From Macrostomum lignano (lineage: Eukaryota): a stretch of 64,000 nt of DNA. Numbering within the stretch: the stretch's first letter is position 1; every line of letters starts with the position of its first letter. Below are positions 1 to 11,751 of this stretch, one piece after another. A program made the position numbers and the translations under genes. The notes beneath the pieces are model-generated. The model saw only the letters and a program-made list of their open reading frames with translations. It was not told the DNA's origin and did not search any database. Where the stretch lies: NCBI GenBank assembly GCA_002269645.1, contig NIVC01003679.1, positions 19,187 to 83,186 on the forward strand. The letters run 5' to 3'.

Positions 1-197
1 CCTCGCGGCAAGAAAAAAGATGTTGATGATTATAATTATGATGTTGATGACTATGATGATTATGATTTTGATTTTGATGATGATGGATTATGATCTATTT
101 TTATTTGCTGCGATTGAGATAAATTCCAGAGTTTTGCTAATTCCTGTCAGCATCCAATCCAAAATTGGTGACAGTAAACCAAGACTCTCATCCCCAC

Positions 198-1313
198 CTT
201 CTGACGCTCGTAGGCCAGCTCAGCGGCTGCCTTGGCGGCGGCCTCCTGACTCCGAGTCTCCACATCGGTGCGCAGCCTCTCCAGCTCGGCCGATCGGCCG
301 GCCAGCTGCTCCTGGCAGCGCTCCAGCCGGCTGCGCAAATCGGCTTCGGTGGCGCTGGCGGCTTTGGCAGCCTGGCCAGAGTCAGTCCGCAGCTTCTTCA
401 GGCAGGCGGCCAGGTAGTCGCGAACGTCCGCGTCGCTGCCGGCCAGGAAGCGCAGCGACAGGTGGGTCAGGTGCTTGAAGGGGTTCGTCTCCACCACGTT
501 CAGGCACCAGTGATCTGGGCCCGGCGACAGCTGGAGAATGTATCTGGGGAGGCCAGTGGGGAAAGGGAGATGTAGGTGGGTCAGGTGGGAGATGCAGGTG
601 GGTCAGGTGGGAGATGCAGGTGGGTCAGGTGGGAGATGCAGGTGGGTCAGGTGGGAGATGCAGGTGGGTCAGGTGGGAGATGCAGGTGGGTCAGGTGGGA
701 GATGCAGGTGGGTCAGGTGGGAGATGCAGGTGGGTCAGGTGGGAGATGCAGGTGGGTCAGGTGGGAGATGCAGGTGGGTCAGGTGGGAGATGCAGGTGGG
801 TCAGGTGGGAGATGCAGGTGGGTCAGGTGGGAGATGCAGGTGGGTCAGGTGGGAGATGCAGGTGGGTCAGGTGGGAGATGCAGGTGGGTCAGGTGGCAGA
901 TGCAGGTGGGTCAGGTGGCAGATGCAGGTGGGTCAGGTGGCAGATGCAGGTGGGTCAGGTGGCAGATGCAGGTGGGTCAGGTGGGAGATGCAGATGCAGG
1001 TGGGTCAGGTGGCAGATGCATGAGGTGGCACAGGAAGAGATACAGGAAAGACGGGTGTGGGATCTGAGGATCATGGGATTGGGTACAACAGACACAAGCT
1101 GCAACCAGAATTTAAGACAATATGTAATGCATAAGCTGAGAGTGCAACTGGGTGAGCAGATTTCAACAAGGGGTGAAGGAAGTGCAAATATTAACGGCAG
1201 CAGAGCACGCACTAAATCACAAAAAATTCCGACAAACTGTAATCAGTTAAAATATGCAAGAGAATTGTCGGCAGTAAAAAATTGCAACTTCAAGTGTTTA
1301 AACACACACAGAG

Positions 1314-1344
<31 letters not shown>

Positions 1345-4299
1345 TAGAGGGAGCGAAAGGAGACGGAGGCAGACGGGCTGGCGAGGCAACTCAGCAAGAA
1401 TTTAAAGTGCCACGATTTAGAGTAGTCAATCAATAGCAGTGGGAGTCAATTGGGCCCCCTCCCCGAACCCATTGGAGCCAGCTGATTTCAGACTGAGCGT
1501 TAAATAGCTGCATCTTGCATTTAGTGCACAAGTAGTAGCACAAATCTCAATTGTCCCCTACAGTACTGTCTCACTCACAATTAGACTCTCACTCACAATT
1601 AGACTCTGTCACTCACAATTCGACTCTTACTCACAATTAGACTCTCACTCACAATTAGACTCTGTCACTCACAATTCGACTCTCACTCACAATTAGACTC
1701 TGTCACTCACAATTCGACTCTTACTCACAATTAGACTCTCTCACTCACAATTAGACTCTGTCACTCACAATTCGACTCTTACTCACAATTAGACTCTGTC
1801 ACTCACAATTAGACTCTTCACTCACAATTCGACTCTTACTCACAATTAGACTCTCTCACTCACAATTAGACTCTCACTCACAATTAGACTCTCACTCACA
1901 ATTAGACTCTCTCACTCACAATTAGACTCTCACTCACAATTAGACTCTCTCACTCACAATTAGACTCTCACTCACAATTAGACTCTCACTCACAATTAGA
2001 CTCTCACTCACAATTAGACTCTCACTCACAATTAGACTCTCACTCACAATTAGACTCTGTCACTCACAATTCGACTCTTACTCACAATTAGACTCTCTCA
2101 CTCACAATTAGACTCTCACTCACAATTAGACTCTCACTCACAATTAGACTCTCACTCACAATTAGACTATCACTCACAATTAGACTCTCACTCACAATTA
2201 GACTCTCACTCACAATTAGACTCTCACTCACAATTAGACTCTCACTCACAATTAGACTCTCACTCACAATTAGACTCTCACTCACAATTAGACTCTTACT
2301 CACAATTAGACTCTCACTCACAATTAGACTCTCACTCACAATTAGACTCTCTCACTCACAATTAGACTCTCACTCACAATTAGACTCTCTCACTCACAAT
2401 TAGACTCTCACTCACAATTAGACTCTCACTCACAATTAGACTCTCACTCACAATTAGACTCTCACTCACAATTAGACTCTCACTCACAATTAGACTCTCA
2501 CTCACAATTAGACTCTCACTCACAATTAGACTCTCACTCACAATTAGACTCTCACTCACAATTAGACTCTTACTCACAATTAGACTCTCACTCACAATTA
2601 GACTCTCACTCACAATTAGACTCTCACTCACAATTAGACTCTCACTCACAATTAGACTCTCTCACTCACAATTAGACTCTCACTCACAATTAGACTCTCA
2701 CTCACAATTAGACTCTCACTCACAATTAGACTCTCACTCACAATTAGACTCTCACTCACAATTAGACTCTCACTCACAATTAGACTCTCACTCACAATTA
2801 GACTCTCACTCACAATTAGACTCTCACTCACAATTAGACTCTCTCACTCACAATTAGACTCTCACTCACAATTAGACTCTCTCACTCACAATTAGACTCT
2901 CACTCACAATTAGACTCTCTCACTCACAATTAGACTCTCACTCACAATTAGACTCTCACTCACAATTAGACTCTCACTCACAATTAGACTCTCACTCACA
3001 ATTAGACTCTCACTCACAATTAGACTCTCACTCACAATTAGACTCTCACTCACAATTAGACTCTCACTCACAATTAGACTCTCACTCACAATTAGACTCT
3101 TACTCACAATTAGACTCTCTCACTCACAATTAGACTCTCACTCACAATTAGACTCTCACTCACAATTAGACTCTCACTCACAATTAGACTCACTCACTCA
3201 CAATTAGACTCTCACTCACAATTAGACTCTCACTCACAATTAGACCCTCTCACTCACAATTAGACTCTCACTCACAATTAGACTCTCACTCACAATTCGA
3301 CTCTTACAATTAGACTCTCTCACTCACAATTAGACTCTCCCACTCACAATTAGACTCTCTCACTCACAATTAGACTCTCCCACTCACAATTAGACTTTCT
3401 CACTCACAATTAGACTCTCTCACTCACAATTAGACTCTCCCACTCACAATTAGACTTTCTCACTCACAATTCGACTCTCACTCACACTCAGACTCCGCGT
3501 CAATAAGAAATGACTTCCTAACATTTTGCAACAAACTTTCCAAAATCGGCCTTTAAATACAAACCTGGGCGCGTCGCGGCCCTCCTCAGCCTGGCACAGC
3601 TGCAGCAGGTCGATGAGCTTCTGTGCGAATGCGCCGAAATCCACCAGCAGACCCTGCTGTTGCTTGAGCACCTGTGGAGTACGGGTGTGCGGTGTGCGGC
3701 CTGTTAATTTATTGCTGCATCAATAGACACCAAAATGCACATGTTCGGTGGGGCAAGTCGGAGGCAAGGGGGAGTGAAGCTGGGGCATGCCCGGCAGCGC
3801 CAGCAGGGGTGAATCACAGCTACAACATGACAGGCAGGACAGCAGTGAGGATTTGCCAGCAGGGGTGAATCACAGCTACAACATGACAGGACAGCAGTGA
3901 GGATTTGCCAGCAGGGGTGAATCACAGCTACAACATGACAGGCAGGACAGCAGGGGTGAATCACAGCTACAACATGACAGGCAGGACAGCAGGGGTGAAT
4001 CACAGCTACAACATGACAGGACAGCAGTGAGGATTTGCCAGCAGGGGTGAATCACAGCTACAACATGACAGGACAGCAGTGAGGATTTTCCGCACCTGAA
4101 AGTCGTCCTCTCCCAGCCGGAGGGTGAAGAGGAACTGCAGGTCGGTCTCATCGGTGAGTCGGATCTGAATCTCCCTGCGCAACAGCGGGGAGGTGAGGGT
4201 TACCCGCTCAATAGCGACCTGAATTCTCGCCATGCGCTCCTCGCGCTCCTTCACGGTGACTCGGTGCTCGCAGCGGTACAGCTGCTCGCTGGAGCCCAT
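198..4299 (-). CDS. SAS6: Spindle assembly abnormal protein 6 (centriole cartwheel protein); first three exons, gene continues off the left edge
   Basis: Exons 4299-4096, 3671-3565 and 543-198 join in frame through GT..AG introns (phases 0, 2, 0). The product [83 protein letters not shown] followed by a coiled coil matches the SAS-6 head domain as I recall it. Confidence 0.93.
565..1020 (+). repeat. 22-bp minisatellite (CAGGTGGGTCAGGTGGGAGATG)n in SAS-6 intron 2
   Basis: About 20 near-perfect copies; explains the 22-aa periodic ORFs at 538-1405. Confidence 0.95.
1565..3490 (+). repeat. 18-bp minisatellite (CTCACTCACAATTAGACT)n in SAS-6 intron 2
   Basis: About 100 copies with 18/20-bp variants; source of the (SESLIV)n ORFs. 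Confidence 0.95.
3822..4089 (+). repeat. ~35-55-bp composite tandem repeat in SAS-6 intron 1
   Basis: Recurrent GCAGGGGTGAATCACAGCTACAACATGACAGG(CAGG)ACAGCAGTGAGGATTT units. Confidence 0.9.
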
Positions 4300-5218
4300 G
4301 GCGCGGCCTGAGCAGAGACTCGGACAGGTGTGAAGGCTCGGCTATGCTGAGTTGGCTGCGATTTCAACTCGGCAGTCAGAGTCAGAGGCCGGTCGCCGAG
4401 TTGAGCAGCAAGTTACAAATGAACTGAGTCTGCTCTGGGCATTCTAGAAGCCACCATTTTTATCTTTGTTGAGTAAAACAAACACATTCTCTGCCTAAAA
4501 TTGGTTACAAATTACAAATAACATTGAAGTGAAAAGCACACCAAGGACACACATAAGATGCTGATCTGACAAAATCGGACAAAATCAAAAGCATATCATA
4601 TGCATCCATGCTTATTATAATTCATTGTTGAAAAAGGAAAAAAATATTAATTTAAAAAACTCACAAGAACATAAAACTTATACCAAATACATAATTGGAA
4701 TAGATTAAAAAACCCACAGCTACCACTAACACTATGTGTATGATTTATTCATGGACTTTTTGTATATATCTATTTACTAAATAAATATCATTATAAAATT
4801 TAAGCCAAGAAGAAATCAGCTTAAGATGCTAACCAACTACCCTAGCTATGCTTTTGGGGGCATAATTGAAGGCATAGAAATATTAGCATTTAACGAGTTT
4901 AATTTCAAAGGATTTAAGGGATTCAAGTTTGGTTAAACTTAATAGTACTTATTAGGACAATAGTCTTGAACTAGATAGTTTCTATTTTCAAATTTAATAT
5001 ATCACAAAGCCTATCTGGCTCAGGTTATTTGGAAGTTAATGATAACAATCTAAGCTATTTAATATTTTTCTCTTAGCCCCTTAGATACTGATAGATTAAA
5101 TCCTATATACTAAAAATGAGTTGTCTGTATATATATCTAGATACCATTTAAATACCTAGATCTCCAACTATATCATTTGGCACAATAGGCATAGGCTCAA
5201 GTCGTGTTGAAGGTTAGG

Positions 5219-5922
5219 GTCATTTCAACAAAAAGTCATTTTGGCAACAGACATTTCAGAGAAAAGCTATAGCAAATATATAATAATATTTTTGTTATAA
5301 CCTTTGAGTATCTTATTTTTAGCTTTGATATTTTAGGTTTTTTAGGTCAAATAGAAAATAACTTTATTTTGCTATAGGAAATGAGGCCCAAGTAGAGTAA
5401 ACTTATTTTGAGCACTTGTATGCTATAGAGTATTTGCAAGGTTTAGGTCTTCATCTCAATTCTTTAGGCTTAGTAGCCCAGCTACAAAATAAACAAGTTA
5501 AGGTAATTGCAATGGACTAAGACTGGAGCTAGCTGCTCATGGAATATAATGTTTAATAGAATAATAAGAACAAGTTGTGTTTATTAATTGTGTTACATCA
5601 AGAAGCATAACATAGGCCTATATAATAAAAAATAATATATAAAGGAATAGCAATTTGTTTGTTCTTTTTGATTAATAAATAGTACAATCTGCTTAAGCAC
5701 TATTGGTATATTATGATTGTGTTACCTAATACTATTCATTTAATTTGTATAATATATACATTATAGGCCTAATGATACATTTTTATATAAGTTTTTTATG
5801 TTTTATATATTTTATATATTTAAAATAAGTTTATATATTTATACAAAATACTTAAATATTTATTGTGTCAAAAAAGCTTTTTGCTGAAACATATTGCCAA
5901 AATAGTTTTTTGCTAAAATGAA
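5219..5922. mobile_element. Old, CpG-decayed terminal-inverted-repeat element (MITE-like)
   Basis: 5219-5268 resembles the reverse complement of 5875-5922 (CATTTcaacAAAAAgtcATTTTGGCAAcagacaTTTCAG..AAAAGCT). No TSD or ORF resolved. Confidence 0.5.
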
Positions 5923-8125
5923 GTTTCTAATGTTGATATAGATGCATATGCTTAACAAGATTGATATAGGACTAAAGGAAAGCCAGGAAATTATATACAA
6001 TTTAGGTGGTGCATAGGCAATAGGCTTAATTAAAACTATAGTCTAGATATAAAGCAAAATATAAGGCTTAAACCTATATCATGACATAGCTTATAAGGCT
6101 TTGAATTCCAAAAATATAAAACAAATAAATGAATTAACTGTTTAATATGTATTGGCAGCAAAATTGTTTGTTATAATCAATTGCTATATAATGACAAAGG
6201 TATATATGTATTACTTTAATGTTGGATATTAAAAGTATGACTAAGAAATTTTACCTAAGACATATCCACCTATACTAAAAATCAAAACTATGTACCTATA
6301 GGAACCTTTGTTTAACTTGACTTTCCATATACTAAAAATGGTATTTTGGTCGGTAGTAGGTAGATAAGTATATGTGTGATTGATTTTAGCAAAAATGGCT
6401 TAACCAATTTTCTTTGAATTTGCACTATTTGATCAAAAAATTTTCTATGACAGTACATGCATCATAGCTAAGAAATTACTCAATGCTAAATCTTTATTAT
6501 ATTTGAATTTATGCATTGATATATTGGGAATTCTCACAATAGTATCAGTTTTGTGCATACAAAGCATAAAGATGAAAACATGTCTATGGTTAAAAGGCTA
6601 GGCCCTATAACAGTATAAGGGGACCTTTAAAGGGTGATCCATTTGAGATTGAAAAATTATCTACCAATTAAGTTGCTAATACTGGGATTCAAGTCAAGCC
6701 ATTGCTTACTTTTTTATTTTGGACTATTATTCTCTGGATAGCTTATGGCTAGATAACTAGTAGCCTCAGGTTCAATTGTGCCACCTGCAGAGGTATGGCT
6801 AGCTCTTAGAGTGGCAACTAAATTGATTATAACATAACTAGTATATAGTAAACTATTAATTTGTTCACTTGTTTCATTTTTGGACTCTATAAATGGAGAA
6901 AAATAGAATTCAAACAACAAAAAGAATTTAAAAATGGTTGTATAGGATAGCTGCTTATAATTATCAATATTAATGCAATATATATATATATATTAAATTT
7001 TAATAGTTAAAATGGCAAAAAGCATTTAAATACATTTTAGGGAAAATAGATGACTATCTGCTATCAATGTATTATGTCTTGTAAAACCCCATGGGTCCAA
7101 AAAACTATGCAATAATGTAAAACATATTGTTTTTTTCAAACTTTGTCTTTTTAATCAATATATTGGCTTAGCCTTAGGCCCTATCTAACTTAATAAGGTT
7201 ATCTATTTCTATTTAAAGCATAAATAATTTTGTGCAAGTGTAACTATTGATAGTTTTTTAGACTTCTAGACTTCTAATAGGTGGATAGGCCTAATTGAAA
7301 AATTCAAGTAATCTATAAATATGGTCATATGGACACTGTAAATTGTAGACTTCTAGAATCTAATGCTAAAACTTCTGTGGGACAATGAGTCAGACTATAG
7401 AGAGCCTCAGCAATGCAGAGAAGGTAGGAGGGTAGAGATGTTGGTATCTTATTTGATTTGAAATTTTTGACAGATGGACCCCTTGTCAAATAGCACTGTG
7501 ATTCTGATGCTCAAAAACCCAGATAATGCTATGCTATGCTGGCACTGATGTTGATCATGAATGGGGGGTGAATTCGGCTGGCCCAACTTACAAGTATTGT
7601 GGGCCAGTCTGCTTTAGAGGGTAGGCCTAACCGGTCCTTTTGCCCCTACCACCTGCCTACTAAACCCGTAAACCGTTCTGTTCAGACGTGCCTTCCAGTG
7701 GGTGTGGCGTGTGGTGTTGGTCAAGTGGGTGGGTGGGCCTGGGGCGGTAACCCCTCGCTGCTCAACCCCCCCCCCCACCTGAAGAAAATTTATAGCTACG
7801 CACGCAATTTCACTCAGTCAATGCTGCTACGCCCTAAGCTACAGCTGCTGAAATTAGTGAAATACGAGTTTGGACGACGTATTGGACTTAAAGACGTTGA
7901 AGGTTCAGTTAAAAATGCGTTTCTCAGAAATGCCACGTTTTTTGAAAGTTGCAATTGTTAAAACGAAGGACGCACGCAGTTAATGTTAGTCATTAAATTA
8001 AATCAAGCTTATTGTCCCTTAATATGTAGATTTTATAGTTTTTTCATTTTTGTCAAATATCAAACATTTTCCTCGATGTAAGTGGTCATATATGGCCCGG
8101 GTTTTTTATACGCCATGTGGACTAG

Positions 8126-8988
8126 TATTGGTTTTGACAATCAATATGAGAAAATGGACAATCAAAATGAAAACAGCCGTAGATCTGCATGCAGCAGCTC
8201 AGCTCAGCTTCGCAGCAGCTGCGGCTTAGGCCATAGACTTTTTGACGATCGAAATGAGAATTGGACAATCAAAATGGCAACGCGCGGTTAGTTTAGCGAG
8301 GCAGCACATTTAAGCATTAGCCAGCCATCTTTCTCAGCCATCTCTCCAGTTTGCTGGTGATGGCATCACCTGTGAGTCCAGATGACAGACGTCGGCTCAT
8401 CGAGGTAATAGATCGAGGCACGCTGTGTCCATCCGCATTCTTCCGGGATATTCACCTTTTCTGAACCCTTCGGAATTCGCCAACAGTTGCCTCAAGGCCA
8501 AGATCAAAAGCAGACTGGCGCAGCCTGACATCGTTGAGGAAGAGGCAGTTGCCCCAGAAGGCGTGAACCAGGAAGAGTGGCGTTACATGCTGCTGGAGAG
8601 AGTGGCGCGTGAGTCATTGCCTGAAGCCGTGACTCCGGACAAGGCAGCTGCGTGGGAATTGCGCTGCTTCCGTCAGCTTGGACGCTGCCTTGCTGGGCAG
8701 GAGTTCTGAACCTATGCTGCTGGACTGCTGTGTTTCCATCATTTTTCTGACTGTGTTGCCATTTCTGTTGTCAATTTCTCGTTTCTATTGTTAAAATTTC
8801 ATTCAAATAAACGCGCACACTGCTCCCGTTGCCGCTGCCGTTTTGATTGTCCAATTCTCATTCGATCGTCAAAAAGTCTATGGCCTAAGCCGCAGCTGCT
8901 GCGAAGCTGAGCTGAGCTGCTGCATGCAGATCTACGGCTGTTTTCATTTTGATTGTCCATTTTCTCATATTGATTGTCAAAACCAATA
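8126..8988 (+). mobile_element. Non-autonomous Tc1/mariner-type element (internal deletion derivative)
   Basis: Near-perfect ~155-bp inverted repeats (8126-~8280 and ~8836-8988). The interior has an N-terminal stub MASPVSPDDRRRLIEVIDRG (ATG 8360) joined to a DDE C-terminal stub with LPGYSPFLNPSE (8425-8709), the Tc1-like LPxYSPxLNPIE motif. Confidence 0.85.
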
Positions 8989-9784
8989 TCACTCACTAGA
9001 CAGACTCGATGGCGTTGATGATGATGATATTTTGCTTAAATTTTATCACATTGGCTAACACAAACTTATCATAGCCGATAGCCCTTCCTGCATTGAAAAT
9101 TCCGAATCGGAGTGTTTTTTACATCTTAGCTCGTACACTATACTTTGTGGCTTCCATTAAGACAAAAGTAAACAGCCATAGTAATTTCTTTTTTATATGC
9201 ATGTACAATGTAGTTCGGTGGCAAGCCTTCCGTCCATACAGTGTATATACAGGGTACCTAAATTAATTACCTAAATTAAAGACTAAATATACTGGTCAAA
9301 CTGTACTGTATAGTTAACTGTAGTTCTGCGGGAAAACTTCGCAGGCACGTGTACATGTATGTGCATGTATGCATGGTTTCTTTTATTAGAGTATTTTATT
9401 TTTATGTTTAGATTTTCTCCAACTAACACTGTAGAACAATCAAAGAGGCTATTTTTATTCAATTTACAACGCGAATTTAAGCGTTAAAAATGGTGATGCA
9501 TTCATTTACATGTTCTTTTGAATAAATATATGTATTCATATAGTACGAGCTACAGTACTGTCGCTTAAAACGAAAGAAACACAAACTAAACAATATTCAA
9601 TTGCCCTTAGAATAGTTGCCCTTAGGTTTATTTTGATTAAAGTTAATTAGCATCGGTTTTTAAGTTTGACAGTTTCGAATATGCGACACAGCTTGAACTC
9701 GTGAATGTACTCGAATATTCGAACTGAATGTCGAATGTCACGAATCGATTTGGTAAAAACTTCTTCAAATCACGAAACCAGTAC

Positions 9785-10519
9785 TCAGTAGACCTTGACC
9801 AGCTTGCTCCAGTCAGGGTCCGTCTCGATGGCGTCTCCAACGCTGGCATCGGAGAAGTCCAGCATTCTGCACCTGTCGTCCGCCTTGTTGTGCAGGGCGG
9901 CCCTGCACTGCCACCGGTCAGCGCAGCGGAGAGCGCACTCGGACTCCCGCCTGACGCCCGCCAGCTCGGTGAAGCAGTAGCTGGGGCTGATGTTGCCGAG
10001 GCGCAGGAAGCTGGCCCGCCTGAACCTCCCGCTGTTGGGCGTCACCAGCGGCTGGCAGATGAAGGCCTTGCGATGCTCGAACTTCACGTCGGCGATTCCA
10101 ACGGAGCTGACGGCCAGGAAGTCGTCGGTCTCCGAGCTTCGGCTGGGCGCCGCGTCGCCCCAGTCGGCATCGGCGGCCAGCAGCTGGGAGCCGTTGCTCC
10201 ACAGCCAGCCGGTGCGGTTGCGGCCGCGCTCGACCAGCAGGTCGGTGGCGCCGATCCACAGCCAGCTGGAGCTGGAGTTCAAGCTCTCGGCGATGTCGCG
10301 CACCAGGCCGAGGTCGACGGCGAGCTCACCAGCCAGGTGCAGACAGTGGGCGGCCGCCTGGCACCAGTCCAGCGGCGAATCCGTGTCGTTGTAGTAGGCA
10401 CAGGCGCCGCGGCCGCCAACAGGAAAGTACGGGCTCGGGCAGGCCGACGACCAGATGGCGGCTATGGAGATGGCAAATGCCGCGGCGGCGGCGAAGCGGC
10501 GAGCCTGGACGGCGAGCAT
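9785..10519 (-). CDS. Secreted C-type lectin domain plus C-terminal PAN/apple-like domain protein, 244 aa, intronless
   Basis: ATG and hydrophobic signal peptide; C..CAYY..WCQAAAHC..LA..WLWIGATD..WLWSNG..W..FIC lectin motifs; ECALRCADRWQCRAALHN..CRML PAN-like cysteine pattern; upstream TATA box. Confidence 0.88.
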   Translation of the reverse strand: MLAVQARRFAAAAAFAISIAAIWSSACPSPYFPVGGRGACAYYNDTDSPLDWCQAAAHCLHLAGELAVDLGLVRDIAESLNSSSSWLWIGATDLLVERGRNRTGWLWSNGSQLLAADADWGDAAPSRSSETDDFLAVSSVGIADVKFEHRKAFICQPLVTPNSGRFRRASFLRLGNISPSYCFTELAGVRRESECALRCADRWQCRAALHNKADDRCRMLDFSDASVGDAIETDPDWSKLVKVY

Positions 10520-10562
10520 TTTGCAATTGGCGACTCAAAACAGCTCAACGCACGGGGCTTGG

Positions 10563-10570
10563 CTTTTATA
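10563..10570 (-). promoter_or_regulatory. TATA box of the lectin gene
   Basis: TATAAAAG on the minus strand, about 45 nt upstream of the ATG at 10519. Confidence 0.7.
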
Positions 10571-11147
10571 AGCCAACAGACTTGGGGCCAAGGCAGCCAC
10601 CATCTGTTGGCTTTTTACAAGAAGCGCGCAGCCACAAGAAGCTAAGGGTTACAAAAAGCCGTCAGCTGAGGCCCAGAAATATGAATTTCTGAGGGTTATT
10701 GACAATGCCTAAATTCAAGGGATAGGTGTTACCATGGAAACCTGGGACTGAAACGTAGCAGGCTCTTGGAACGCTTGAAAAAAGCAGGAAAACACGAAGA
10801 CGTGGCTCGATAAAATTTCTGAGCGGCTCTGAATAGGCGCGCATCCAGATGCATCAGGAGTAGCAGCAAAGCACAATTGGGTTTATACAAACTGTATTTA
10901 TTCAGATAGCTCATCCATGAAAATATACATGACAGGTATGTACAAGCCAAACAACAGGATTTGATATGCGAGCTGCAAGCATTTAGATTTGAAGCTTGCT
11001 ATGGAAACTCTTGACACTCAGGGCATGAAGAGGGCTCTCGCTGCTTACCAATTTGCCTCAAATGCAATTTTTTATAAATTAACAGGCATAGTTTACAACA
11101 TGGTGCGACCCACGGGAGAATGGCCCACGGACGTTAGCTTTAGGACC

Positions 11148-11635
11148 CACCGACATCAGAGAATGACCCACCGACATCAGAGAATGACCCACCGATATCA
11201 GAGAATGACCCACTGACATCAGAGAATGACACACCGACATCAGAGAATGACTCACCGACATCAGAGAATGACACACCGATATCAGAGAATGACACACCGA
11301 CATCAGAGAATGACCCACCGACATCAGAGAATGACACACCGATATCAGAGAATGACCCACCGACATCAGATAAAGACCCACCGACATCAGAGATTGACCC
11401 ACCGACATCAGAGAATGACACACCGATATCAGAGAATGACCCACCGACATCAGAGAATGACCCACCGACATCAGAGAATGACCCATCGACATCAGATAAT
11501 CACCCACCGACATCAGAGAATGACACACCGACATCAGAGAATGACCCACCGACACCAGAGAATGACCCACCGACACCAGAGAATGACCCACCGACCTTAG
11601 AGAATGACCCATCGACACCAGAGAATGACACACCA
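11148..11635 (+). repeat. 21-bp minisatellite (CGACATCAGAGAATGACCCAC)n
   Basis: About 22 copies; source of the (HRHQRMT)n ORFs. Confidence 0.95.
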
Positions 11636-11751
11636 AAATAGTGCACACTGAGCCCTGAACTGAAATCGGGAAACCGAGCCTCACAATGAGTCGAACAGCG
11701 AGAATAACAAAACACACAAAAAATTATCCAAGGGTAAACTCAAGCCACAGC

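Noticed and set aside
538-3490. Long periodic ORFs and a CRISPR-like appearance of the tandem arrays
   Set aside because: The units are head-to-tail with no unique spacers and lie inside SAS-6 introns; the ORFs are repeat translations.
9728-10645. 305-aa plus-strand ORF
   Set aside because: Antisense shadow of the GC-rich lectin gene with no recognisable motifs.
11079-11717. His/Ser-rich 212-aa ORF
   Set aside because: Translation of the 21-bp minisatellite.
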